A stretch of DNA of 61,812 bases from Deltaproteobacteria bacterium. GTDB taxonomy: Bacteria; Myxococcota_A; UBA9160; SMWR01. Where the stretch lies: positions 1-61,812 of the forward strand of contig JAQBHB010000053.1 of NCBI GenBank assembly GCA_032128115.1. The letters run 5' to 3'. The notes beneath the pieces are model-generated. The model saw only the letters and a list, made by a program, of their open reading frames with translations. It did not search any database and had not been told where the DNA came from. Made by a program: the position numbers and the translations under genes. Positions 46,834-57,805 of this stretch are shown piece after piece. Every line of letters begins with the position of its first letter. Position 1 is the first letter of the stretch.

Positions 46834-47100
46834 ATGTACAGCCGGCATCGGAAGCAGGTTCTGGGCGCGATTCTGCGCGCGATTCTGGGCGTGATGTTGG
46901 CGGGTGTCGTTCTGGGCGCCTCGGCGCCGGCCGCCTGGGCTGATCCCCACGATCCCCAGGAATCGGGACACGTACTTCGCGTCGCTGCCTATGTGGTGCA
47001 CCCCATTGGTGTGTTGTTGGACACCCTGATCTTTCGGCCGGCTCACTGGCTCGTGCACAAGGAGCCGCTGACGACCCTGTTCGGGCACCGCGACTGGTAG
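46834..47100 (+). CDS. small exported hypothetical protein
   Basis: AGGAG RBS, signal peptide ending AWA, His-rich C-terminus; 12-bp triple repeat within the signal (46859-46894). Confidence 0.7.
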   Translation: MYSRHRKQVLGAILRAILGVMLAGVVLGASAPAAWADPHDPQESGHVLRVAAYVVHPIGVLLDTLIFRPAHWLVHKEPLTTLFGHRDW

Positions 47101-47149
47101 CCAGCGGGTCCCCTTTTCCCGATTCTCGATTGTTCTAGTGGCTCGTTGC

Positions 47150-47165
47150 TGGTATGTTTATTGCA
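47150..47165 (+). promoter_or_regulatory. putative sigma-54 (-24/-12) site
   Basis: TGGTATGTTTATTGCA: GG-N10-GC with TTGCA at -12, upstream of lptC-lptA-lptB-rpoN. Confidence 0.6.
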
Positions 47166-47216
47166 TATGCAGCGCGCCCGGGTTTACATCAAGCAACCGC
47201 AATCAACGTACGCGTC

Positions 47217-47720
47217 GTGAGCCGGCTCGCTCCGCTCCTGGTGGGCCTGGTGCTCGGCGTGGGAACGCCCGCCGGCGTGGGCGCCGAGGAGCCGCCCGAG
47301 CTCCAGGTGACGGGGATGACCCTGCTGGCCGACCGGGAACCGGGCCGGGGGCTGGCCCTGAGAGCGCGAGTCGGGCACTTCCGCCCGGAGTCCGAGCTGG
47401 CGCAACTCGAGGACGTGGTGGCGGTCCTGACGTACGCCGACGAGCGCAAGAGCCTCGAGATGACTTGCGATCGCGCCGAGCTCGACGTGTCGAACAACGA
47501 CTTCACGGCCGAGGGAAACGTGCGCGGGGTGACAGGAGACGGCCAGCGCTACTCGGCGCCGTGGGTGAAGTACGACCACGAGAACGGCGTGCTGTTCTCG
47601 GACGCCAGTGTGGTCATGGTGGATGAGACCGGAACCTTCAGCGGTGATGGCTTCCGTTTCCATCTGGAGGAAGGTCTGTTCCGGCTGCTGGGAAATGTGA
47701 GCGTGGTGCAGACCCCGTGA
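47217..47720 (+). CDS. lptC: LPS export periplasmic protein LptC
   Basis: N-terminal hydrophobic anchor and beta-jellyroll pattern ending FRLLGNV; position before lptA/lptB. Start uncertain (GTG 47217 or ATG 47154). Confidence 0.72.
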   Translation: MSRLAPLLVGLVLGVGTPAGVGAEEPPELQVTGMTLLADREPGRGLALRARVGHFRPESELAQLEDVVAVLTYADERKSLEMTCDRAELDVSNNDFTAEGNVRGVTGDGQRYSAPWVKYDHENGVLFSDASVVMVDETGTFSGDGFRFHLEEGLFRLLGNVSVVQTP

Positions 47721-48712
47721 ACCGACGGGGTGCGTGGTTGGTGATGGCAATGCTGCTGTGGATCTCTACTGGAACTCGAGCCGACGAGGCGCCGGCCGGG
47801 CCCATGCTGGGCATCGGCGTGGCGCCATTCGAGTTGGCGGCGCCCCCGGGTGAGCTGGCGCCGGATCTCTCGGGTCTGCTGGCCCAACGCCTGGGAACCC
47901 TGGGGGTGGACCGGGTCGTGGGCCCCGAAGCCCTGGGCGCCGCGCCCCTGTCGGCGCCTAGCGACGACGTGGTGATGGCCTGGGCGCGGGAGTCGCAGGT
48001 GGCGGTCGTGGTGGTGGGTCGTACCACGCGCGTGGGCAGCGTCTTGAACGTGGACCTCTGGCTCCGCTCCGGCGCGTCCGGGGGGGTGGCCGATCGCTAC
48101 GCCACCGAGATCTCCAATCCCGAAGGGATCGAGCCCGCCATCGATCGGTTGGCCGGGCTGGTGGTCAAGGGAGCCGCGACACTGGCGGCGTCCACTGCGG
48201 CCCGGACCGCGCCATCGACGAAGTCGAGCTCGCCTTTCGACTTCGCGGGCTTCGACCGGGACGCGCCTCTGACGATCCGTTCCGAGGCCCTGGACGCCTT
48301 CCAGCACGAGGGCCGGCGCCAGCTGGTCTTCACACGCGAGGTGAAGGTGACCCAGGCCGACCTGATCCTGACCGCGGATCGGCTCGAGGCCCTGTACCCG
48401 GAGAAATCGAGCCAGCCCGACCAGCTGATCGCTCGGGGTCGAGTGGTCATGGTGCGCGGAGCGCGCGAGGCGCGCTGCCAGGAGGCGATCTACTACCGGA
48501 TCGAGGGTCGCCTCGTGTGTCGCGGCGAAGCGGAACTGCGCGAGGGCGGTGACCTGGTGCGCGGACAGGTGATCGAATTCGATGTCGAGACCGACCGCGT
48601 GACGGTCTCGGGTGGCGCGTCGGTGCTGCTGACGCCGCAGGAGGACACGGCTCACGAGGGTGCAGATCCTGCGCAACCTGACGGCAGCCCGGACGTGGGG
48701 GCGAGTCCGTGA
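47717..48712 (+). CDS. lptA: LptA/OstA-family protein with an extra N-terminal domain
   Basis: C-half PLTIRSEAL...[20 protein letters not shown]...ARGRVVM...GQVIEFD; N-half is an additional alpha/beta domain. Confidence 0.78.
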   Translation: MNRRGAWLVMAMLLWISTGTRADEAPAGPMLGIGVAPFELAAPPGELAPDLSGLLAQRLGTLGVDRVVGPEALGAAPLSAPSDDVVMAWARESQVAVVVVGRTTRVGSVLNVDLWLRSGASGGVADRYATEISNPEGIEPAIDRLAGLVVKGAATLAASTAARTAPSTKSSSPFDFAGFDRDAPLTIRSEALDAFQHEGRRQLVFTREVKVTQADLILTADRLEALYPEKSSQPDQLIARGRVVMVRGAREARCQEAIYYRIEGRLVCRGEAELREGGDLVRGQVIEFDVETDRVTVSGGASVLLTPQEDTAHEGADPAQPDGSPDVGASP

Positions 48713-49434
48713 TGGTGCTGGAAGGCGCGGGCCTCACGAAGCGCTACGGCGAGCGCGAGGTGGTGCGCCAGGTGGACCTGGAGGTGCGTCCGGGCGAGGT
48801 CGTGGGCCTGCTCGGCCCCAATGGCGCCGGCAAGACCACCACCTTCAACATGGTGGCGGGAGGGGTGAAGCCCTCGGAGGGTCGCGTGTTCCTGGGGGAG
48901 ACGGACATCACGAGCCTGCCCATGTATCGGCGGGCGCGCCTCGGCATCACGTATCTTCCCCAGGAAGCCTCGATTTTCCGAAAGCTTTCCGTCGCTGACA
49001 ACGTCAACGCGATTCTCGAGACCGTCGAGCCCGACCGAAGCGTCCGCCGCGAACGCCTGAGGGAGCTATTGGCTGAGCTCGGTCTGGCCGAAAAGGCAAA
49101 TCGACGGGGAGATGCCCTGTCGGGCGGAGAGAGGCGTCGCGTGGAGATCACACGTGCCCTGGTGCTGGATCCGAAGTTCATGCTCCTTGACGAGCCGTTC
49201 GCTGGGATCGACCCGATCGCGGTGCTCGACATCGGGAAGATCATCGAGCAGCTCAAGGTGCGAGGAATCGGCGTGATCATCACGGACCACAACGTTCGCG
49301 AGACCCTGTCGATCTGTGATCGTGCCTACATCATCAAGGACGGCCATATCATCAAGCACGGGCCCCCGGCAGAGATCGCGGCGGATGCACAGATCCGCGA
49401 GATCTACCTGGGAGAGAACTTCCGCCTGACGTAG
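48709..49434 (+). CDS. lptB: LPS export ABC transporter ATP-binding protein
   Basis: [47 protein letters not shown]. Confidence 0.97.
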   Translation: MMVLEGAGLTKRYGEREVVRQVDLEVRPGEVVGLLGPNGAGKTTTFNMVAGGVKPSEGRVFLGETDITSLPMYRRARLGITYLPQEASIFRKLSVADNVNAILETVEPDRSVRRERLRELLAELGLAEKANRRGDALSGGERRRVEITRALVLDPKFMLLDEPFAGIDPIAVLDIGKIIEQLKVRGIGVIITDHNVRETLSICDRAYIIKDGHIIKHGPPAEIAADAQIREIYLGENFRLT

Positions 49435-49442
49435 GGAGAGCC

Positions 49443-50930
49443 ATGGCGCTCGAGCTCAAGCAACAGTTACGCCTTTCCCAGCAGCTGGTGATGACACCGC
49501 AGCTGCAGCAAGCCATCAAGCTGCTGCAGATGAACCGGCTCGAACTGGTCAATGTGGTCCAGCAGGAACTCGAGGAGAACCCGGTCCTCGAGGAGTTGAT
49601 GGAGGGCGATGACGAGCCGGCAGCGGGGGAGGAGTCCGAGGACGCCACCGCCGACCGCCTGGACGCGGCAGCCGGATCCGCCCCCGAAACGGCGGCGAAC
49701 GTGGCCTCCGAGACGGTCGGCGACCAGGAGCCCACCGACGCCGAGAAGATCGCCGACATCGACTGGCAGAATTACGCGGACGCCTATCCCCAGACGGGCC
49801 CCCGCGAAGCCCGCGAGGACGATGACCGCCCGTCCTTCGAGGCCACCCTGACCCGGCGCCCCACCCTGGCCGAGCACCTCCGGTGGCAGCTGCAGCTGCT
49901 GTCGCTTCCGGTGGAGGAGGAGGTGGCGTGCCCCTTCATCGTGGGCAATCTGGACGAGCGCGGCTATCTGATGGCTACGGTCGAGGATCTGTCGCGACAG
50001 TCGGGCGTGTCGGAGGCGGTCATCGAGTCGGCCCTGGCGCGGGTCCAGGATCTGGATCCGGCCGGCGTAGCGGCGCGAGACCTGGCGGAGTGTATGAAGA
50101 TCCAGGTGCGGAGCCTGGGCATCACCGACCCGATCGTGATCCGCATCCTCGACGAATGCCTCGACACCCTGATCAAGCGAGACTTCCGCGGCGTGGCGCG
50201 GGTGCTTGGAATCAGCATCGAAGAGGTGGCGGCGGCTGCCAAGGTGATCGGAAACCTGGAGCCCCGGCCGGGCCGGGGATTCGGAGGCGATGACCCGGTC
50301 TACATCGTGCCCGACATCTACGTCTACAAGGTGGGCGACGACCTCCACATCGTGCTGAATGACGACGGCCTGCCGCGCCTGCGCATCAACAACCTGTATC
50401 GCGACGTGCTGTCGCGCCGCAGCGACGTGGCCAAGGACACCAAGGCCTACGTGCACGACAAGGTTCGCTCGGCCCTATGGCTGATCAAGTCGATCCACCA
50501 GCGCCAGCGCACGATCTACAGGGTGATGCAGAGCATCATCAAGCATCAGCAGGAGTTCTTCGATAGCGGCATCAATCACCTGAAGCCGCTGAATTTGAGG
50601 GACGTGGCCGACGACATCGAGATGCACGAGTCGACAGTGAGCCGTGTGACCACCAACAAGTACGTACACTGCCCCCAGGGCATCTTCGAGTTGAAGTACT
50701 TCTTCAATTCGAGCATCAATCGCGTCGAGGGAGAAGCGGTTGCCAGCGAGAGCGTCAAGGACCGGATCGGCCGCCTGGTCCGGAACGAGGACCCCCGGCG
50801 GCCCCTCTCGGACCAGCGTATTGCCGAGATGCTCAAGGTGGCCAATATCGACATCGCCCGCCGGACGGTTACCAAGTACCGGGAAAGCCTCAATATCCTG
50901 TCGTCGACGAAGCGCCGAGAGGTCGGCTAG
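49443..50930 (+). CDS. rpoN: RNA polymerase sigma-54 factor
   Basis: MTPQLQQAIKLLQ, HESTVSRVT, RpoN box ARRTVTKYRE. Confidence 0.98.
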   Translation: MALELKQQLRLSQQLVMTPQLQQAIKLLQMNRLELVNVVQQELEENPVLEELMEGDDEPAAGEESEDATADRLDAAAGSAPETAANVASETVGDQEPTDAEKIADIDWQNYADAYPQTGPREAREDDDRPSFEATLTRRPTLAEHLRWQLQLLSLPVEEEVACPFIVGNLDERGYLMATVEDLSRQSGVSEAVIESALARVQDLDPAGVAARDLAECMKIQVRSLGITDPIVIRILDECLDTLIKRDFRGVARVLGISIEEVAAAAKVIGNLEPRPGRGFGGDDPVYIVPDIYVYKVGDDLHIVLNDDGLPRLRINNLYRDVLSRRSDVAKDTKAYVHDKVRSALWLIKSIHQRQRTIYRVMQSIIKHQQEFFDSGINHLKPLNLRDVADDIEMHESTVSRVTTNKYVHCPQGIFELKYFFNSSINRVEGEAVASESVKDRIGRLVRNEDPRRPLSDQRIAEMLKVANIDIARRTVTKYRESLNILSSTKRREVG

Positions 50931-50960
50931 CCTCTTGGCCGCGTCAATCGGGGGTTCCCG

Positions 50961-51422
50961 ATGAAGATCATGGACATTCTCGTCAAGGACGCCGTGATCC
51001 TGAACCTGGGGGTTCGGGAGAAGCGGAGTGCCCTTGAGGAGATGTCGGCAGCCCTGGCCAAGGTCGAGCCGCAGGTGGAATCCGAGCGCCTGCTGGAGGT
51101 GCTGCTGGAGCGCGAGGCGCTCCAGAGCACGGGCATCGGCGAGGGTGTCGCGATTCCGCACGGGAAGATGGCCGGTCTCGACCGGTTGGTGGCCACGTAC
51201 GCCCGTAGCCCTGAGGGCATCGATTTCGATTCCATCGATGGGCAGCCCACCCACCACCTGTTCCTGCTGGTGGTGCCCGAACACTCCGGGGGCCAGTATC
51301 TCAAGGCGCTCGCGCGGATCTCGCGCTTCTTCCGCGACGCGGTTTTCCGCCAGCAGCTGATGGACGCCGAGACCCTCGACGACGTGGTCCGTGCGATCGA
51401 GGAAGAAGACTCCAAGCTCTGA
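50961..51422 (+). CDS. ptsN: PTS EIIA (Ntr/fructose type)
   Basis: REALQSTGIGEGVAIPHG, DFDSIDGQP. Confidence 0.92.
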   Translation: MKIMDILVKDAVILNLGVREKRSALEEMSAALAKVEPQVESERLLEVLLEREALQSTGIGEGVAIPHGKMAGLDRLVATYARSPEGIDFDSIDGQPTHHLFLLVVPEHSGGQYLKALARISRFFRDAVFRQQLMDAETLDDVVRAIEEEDSKL

Positions 51423-51447
51423 CCCGCTGCGGCGACGGGTTCTGACC

Positions 51448-51969
51448 ATGACCACACTCCACGGTGCCCTGCTCGAGGTGCACGAGGTTGGCGTCCTGCT
51501 TCTGGGGCCGAGCGGCGTCGGCAAGAGCGAGTGCGCGTTGGAGCTGGTGTCCCGGGGACACCGGCTGGTGGCCGACGATGTGGTCGAGCTGCGACCGGGC
51601 GGCGATCGGGGGCCCATCGGCTCGGCGCCTCCCCGTGTGCGTCACTACATGGAGATCCGAGGCCTGGGCATCATCTACGTGCCGGACCTGTTCGGACCCG
51701 ACCGGGTGCGCGACGAGATCGAGATCGAGCTGGTATGTCGCCTGGAACGCTGGCGCGAAGGCGCCGAGTATGAGCGCGTGGGCCTGGAGCGCGCCTCCGA
51801 AATCGTGGCAGGGGTGGAGTTGGCCGCCCTCACGTTGCCGGCGCGCCCGGGCGCAAGCATGGCCACCATCGTAGACGTGGCGGCACGCGAGCACCGCCAG
51901 CGCAGCAGTGGGGTCAATGCGGCCAAGCGACTGGACATCGACCTGCGCAGCGAGATGCGACGAACGTGA
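51448..51969 (+). CDS. hprK: HPr kinase/phosphorylase, short form (catalytic domain only)
   Basis: LHG, GPSGVGKSECALELVSRGHRLVADD, MEIRGLGII; ATG 51448. Confidence 0.88.
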   Translation: MTTLHGALLEVHEVGVLLLGPSGVGKSECALELVSRGHRLVADDVVELRPGGDRGPIGSAPPRVRHYMEIRGLGIIYVPDLFGPDRVRDEIEIELVCRLERWREGAEYERVGLERASEIVAGVELAALTLPARPGASMATIVDVAAREHRQRSSGVNAAKRLDIDLRSEMRRT

Positions 51970-52829
51970 ATCGGGAGCCCCGCATCGCGATCGTGATCGG
52001 CCTCTCGGGAAGCGGCAAATCCACGGCCATGGCCGCCCTCGAGGATCTGGGCTTCTACTGCGTGGACAATCTACCCGTGCAGCTGATCGAGGCGCTCCTG
52101 GCCCAGTGCGCCCAGGCCGAGCCCCCGATCCACCGGATCGCCCTGGTCCCTCACGCTCGGGACGGCCAGTTTCTACGGTCCGTTCCCGGGGTGGTGGCGA
52201 GCCTGCGCGAACGGGGCGCCGACGTGATCGTGATCTTCCTGGACTGCGCCAACGAGGTGCTGGTGCGGCGCTACAGCGAGACTCGCCGCGTTCACCCCCT
52301 GGCGCCGGGCGGCAGGGTAGAGGAGGGGATCGACGCCGAGCGGCGCCTGCTGGTGGAGGTGGCAGGGCTGGCGGACCACAGCATCGACACGTCCTCGCTC
52401 AACGTGCACCAGCTCGTGGCCGACGTGGTGCGGCGAGTGTCGGGGGAGACCCGCGCAACAGTGGTCAACATCGAGTCGTTCGGGTTCCGCCACGCCACGC
52501 CCGCCGCCGCCGAGCTGCTCTTCGACGTGCGCTTCCTGCCCAACCCCTATTTCGAGGCCCACCTGCGCCCGCTCTCGGGACTCGACCGCGGTGTCTCCGA
52601 GTACGTGCTCAAGAGTCCCCAGGGGGCGGAGCTGGTGGAGCGTCTTTGTGATCTCCTGCACTTCCTGCTTCCGCTATACGATGCCGAGGGGAAGGCGTAC
52701 CTGACGATCGGGATCGGGTGCACCGGGGGGCGCCACCGGTCCGTGGCGATCGCCGAGAGCCTGGCCGTCGATCTCAGGGACAGCGGTCGCGAGGTCAACG
52801 TGGAGCATCGAGACGCGGAGCGAACATGA
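51966..52829 (+). CDS. rapZ: RNase adapter RapZ
   Basis: GLSGSGKS, GFYCVDNLP, RYSETRRVHPL, FDVRFLPNPY, GCTGGRHRSV. Confidence 0.96.
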   Translation: MNREPRIAIVIGLSGSGKSTAMAALEDLGFYCVDNLPVQLIEALLAQCAQAEPPIHRIALVPHARDGQFLRSVPGVVASLRERGADVIVIFLDCANEVLVRRYSETRRVHPLAPGGRVEEGIDAERRLLVEVAGLADHSIDTSSLNVHQLVADVVRRVSGETRATVVNIESFGFRHATPAAAELLFDVRFLPNPYFEAHLRPLSGLDRGVSEYVLKSPQGAELVERLCDLLHFLLPLYDAEGKAYLTIGIGCTGGRHRSVAIAESLAVDLRDSGREVNVEHRDAERT

Positions 52830-53236
52830 ACATCGGTGTGATCATCGTGACGCATTACCGCCTGGGCCACGAGTTCCTCCAGGCCTTGCGGCTGATCGTC
52901 CCCGAGTCGCCGCAGTTCCATGCGGTGGCCATCGATCCGGGCCAATCGGTCGAGCAGATGCGGGGCGGAATCGCCGAGGCCCTGGCCAAGGCCGACCAGG
53001 GACAGGGCGTGCTGGTGTTGACCGACATGTTCGGAGGCACACCCTCGAACATCGCCCTGTCGTTCATCGATGATCACGCGGTCGAGGTGGTGACGGGCGT
53101 GAACCTGCCCATGCTGATCAAGCTGGCCACCATGACCGATGATAAATCGCTGGAAGACCTGGCTACGTTCATCAAGAGCTACGGGCGACGCAATATCTCG
53201 GTGGCCAGTGAGATCCTGCCCGAAGAAGAGCGATGA
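52826..53236 (+). CDS. PTS EIIA (mannose type)
   Basis: IIVTH, LTDMFGGTPSN, VTGVNLPML; ATGA overlap with rapZ. Confidence 0.93.
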   Translation: MNIGVIIVTHYRLGHEFLQALRLIVPESPQFHAVAIDPGQSVEQMRGGIAEALAKADQGQGVLVLTDMFGGTPSNIALSFIDDHAVEVVTGVNLPMLIKLATMTDDKSLEDLATFIKSYGRRNISVASEILPEEER

Positions 53237-53532
53237 CCGCCCCTTGCGCGTACGAGCGCGAGTTCACGGTCCAGCGCGAGCTGGGCCTGCACGCGCGTCC
53301 GGCGAGTCAGTTCGTAACCCTGGCGGGCCGTTTCAAATGCGAGATCCAGGTGGGGCGCGGCCCCGAGTGGGTGGACGGCCGCAGCGTGCTTTCGCTGCTT
53401 TCCCTGGCTGCGGGCCAGGGCACGCGCTTGCGCATCCGCGCCGTGGGCGCCGATGCAGTCGAGGCGGTCGAGGCCCTGGGTGCGATCCTGGAGAAGCCCG
53501 CCTCGGCCGTGGAGGGCGAGGCCTCGGCCTGA
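53233..53532 (+). CDS. ptsH: HPr phosphocarrier protein
   Basis: GLHARPA, DGRSVLSLL. Confidence 0.93.
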   Translation: MTAPCAYEREFTVQRELGLHARPASQFVTLAGRFKCEIQVGRGPEWVDGRSVLSLLSLAAGQGTRLRIRAVGADAVEAVEALGAILEKPASAVEGEASA

Positions 53533-53569
53533 GATCTCCGGGCTGGGGGGACGAAGCCCCGTTTCCTGA

Positions 53570-53598
53570 TTGAATCCGCCCCGGCGCTCCTCTAGAGT
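53570..53598 (+). promoter_or_regulatory. putative sigma-70 promoter of metK
   Basis: TTGAAT-N17-TAGAGT, 45 nt upstream of the metK ATG. Confidence 0.55.
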
Positions 53599-53643
53599 GC
53601 GACCTTCCCGGCGCAGCGGCGACGGCGTAGAGGAGCGGAACCC

Positions 53644-54808
53644 ATGGCGACCCGGTCTCTTTTCACCTCCGAATCGGTTTCCATGGGCCATCCGGACAAA
53701 CTGTGTGATCAGGTCTCCGACGCGGTCCTCGATGCGTTTCTCGCCCAGGACCCGGCCTCGCGAGTCGCCTGCGAGACTCTCACCACCACCGGTCTGGTGA
53801 TGCTGGCCGGCGAAGTCACCACCGGCGCCGTGGTCGATCTCCCGCCCCTGGTCCGGCAGGTGGTGTCGGACATCGGATATACGGATTCGGCAATGGGCTT
53901 CGACGCGAGCACCTGTGCCGTGATGATCGCCCTGGGTCAGCAGTCCCAGGACATCTCCCGGGGCGTCTCGGAAGGCGAGGGGCTCCACAAGGAACAGGGC
54001 GCCGGCGACCAGGGCATGATGTTTGGCTACGCCTGCGACGAGACGGCCGAGCTGATGCCGGCCCCGATCCGGCTGGCTCACCGCCTGATCGAGCGCCAGC
54101 GCGAGTGCTTCGAGTCGGGCGAACTCGAATATCTCCGGCCCGACGCCAAGTCGCAGGTCACCGTCGAGTACGACGGGGATCGCCCGGTGCGCGTTTCGGC
54201 CTGCGTGCTCTCCACCCAGCACGCGCCCGACGTCTCCCACGATCAGATCCGCAAGGACGTGATCGCAATGGTCATCAAGCCGACGATCTCGTCGGAGCTG
54301 CTGGACGACAACACGATCTACCACGTGAATCCCACGGGCCGCTTCGTGGTGGGCGGTCCCATGGGCGACGCGGGTCTGACGGGCCGCAAGATCATCGTCG
54401 ACACCTACGGCGGGATGGGGCGCCACGGCGGCGGTGCCTTCTCGGGCAAGGATCCCTCGAAGGTCGACCGCAGCGCCGCCTACGCCGCACGCTGGGTGGC
54501 CAAGAACCTGGTGGCCGCCGGTGTGGCGCGGCGTTGCGAGGTGCAGATCGCCTATGCCATCGGCGTGGCCGAGCCGGTCTCCGTGCGGGTCGACGCCTTC
54601 GGCACCGCGACGCTGGACGAGGGGGCCCTCGAGCGCCTGGTGCGCAAGTACTTCGATCTGACTCCCCGCGGCATCATCGAGTCGCTCGACCTGCTGCGCC
54701 CGATCTATCGGGCCACCTCCTATCACGGCCACTTCGGGCGCGAGAACGAGGGATTCCCGTGGGAGAACCGACAAGGCGGAAGCGATCCGGCGCGACGTCT
54801 CCCGCTGA
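53644..54808 (+). CDS. metK: S-adenosylmethionine synthetase; last 13 codons lie in the +1 frame (frameshift near 54763-54767)
   Basis: [42 protein letters not shown]...FPWE; canonical tail [17 protein letters not shown] at 54767-54808 is in another frame. Confidence 0.93.
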
Positions 54809-55878
54809 GACGGGGAGTCTGCGCCGGCTGCGGTCTGCTGGCCCTGTTGGCGCTGTCGGCGGCGGCCGACGACCGCGAGCCGTCTTCGCCTCGGGTTCGC
54901 GTCCTGTTGCTGGAGACCGGGGACCCGATTCGGGTGCGCGGCGCGGGCGCCAGTGCCACGACCACCGTGGCACCGGCCGCCAACGGCCTGGCCGCTGATT
55001 CGAAGCCGGTGGGACGCGTGTGGCGCGCCGAGGGCGATGGCGAGCACACCGCGGCCGGTTGGCACGTGCGAGGGGGACTCGAGGTCCACCGGGTGGAGAG
55101 CGGCATCCAGGTGGTCAACCGGGTCGACCTGGAGGACTACGTGGCCGGCACCCTGGGTCGCGAGATCTACCCCTACTGGGATCCGGAGATGCTCAAGGCC
55201 CAGGCCGTGGTGGCTCGAACCTACGCCCTGCACCAGAGTGCGCACCGCGAAGATCGCGCATTTGATTTGCGGGGCGACACTTCCGGGCAGGTCTACGGCG
55301 GCATCGAGGCCGAAACCCCGGCCGTGCTTGCGGCAGTTCGAGCGACCCGGGGCCAGTACCTGGCCTGGGATGGAAGCCCGATCCTGGCGGTCTATCACTC
55401 GGCCTCGGGCGGCCGCACCGCCAGCGCAGAGGAGGTCTGGGGACGCCGGGTGCCTTACCTGGTGAGCCTCGAGGTGGAGGGCGAGGAGGATTCCCCGGAC
55501 ACCTACTGGCGGGCCACCGTCTCAGGGACCACACTGGGGCGCGCCCTCGCCAGCCTGGGGCTCCGCGTCGGCCGCGTCCGGGAGGTCCGGATCACCGAAC
55601 GCTCGGAAAGCGGTCGCGCCCTGCGGATCGCCGTCCGCGGTGATGAGGGCAGTGAGAAGCTGGACGCGCGGGCCCTGCGGTCGGCGGTGGGGGAGTCGGT
55701 GCTGCGCAGCACGCTCTTCGAGATCCGCCCGGGAGACGGCGTTTTCGTATTCGTCGGTTCGGGTCACGGGCACGGAGTGGGCATGAGTCAGTGGGGAGGG
55801 CAGGCCATGGCGAGTCGCGGTGCGAGCTACCGCGAGATATTGGCGACCTTCTACCCGGGAACCGAGGTGGTGCAATGA
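54759..55878 (+). CDS. SpoIID/LytB domain protein; as assembled it reads in frame with metK
   Basis: [55 protein letters not shown]; signal-peptide-like [11 protein letters not shown]. Start coordinate assumes the 2-nt correction. Confidence 0.88.
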
Positions 55879-56209
55879 CCTTTTCCACCGCCGGGCTGAT
55901 TCCCCTGCAGGCGGCCCCGGATCCGGGCCTGCTCAACATGCTGTTCCCGATGATCGCCATCTTCGCGATCTTCTATTTCCTGCTGATCCGGCCGCAGCAG
56001 CGGCAGAAGAAGGAGCAGGAAGCCCTGATCAAGGGTATCGAGAAGGGGGACAGCGTGGTGACCACGGGAGGTCTCCACGGCAAGGTCACCGGCGTGACCG
56101 ACGACGTCCTGACCCTCGAGATCGCCGTGATCAAGGGGGAGCGCGTGCGTGTCAAGGTGGCTCGGCCGCGTATCGAGAACGTGAGCAAGGCCGCCAAGGG
56201 CGACGACTC

Positions 56210-56213
<4 letters not shown>
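55875..56213 (+). CDS. yajC: preprotein translocase subunit YajC
   Basis: [24 protein letters not shown]. Confidence 0.95.
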
Positions 56214-57793
<1,580 letters not shown>

Positions 57794-57805
57794 GCGGAGG
57801 CGACC

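Noticed and set aside
53533..53643. SAM riboswitch upstream of metK
   Set aside because: The predicted leader is only about 40 nt and shows no SAM-I/II core motif that I can recognise.
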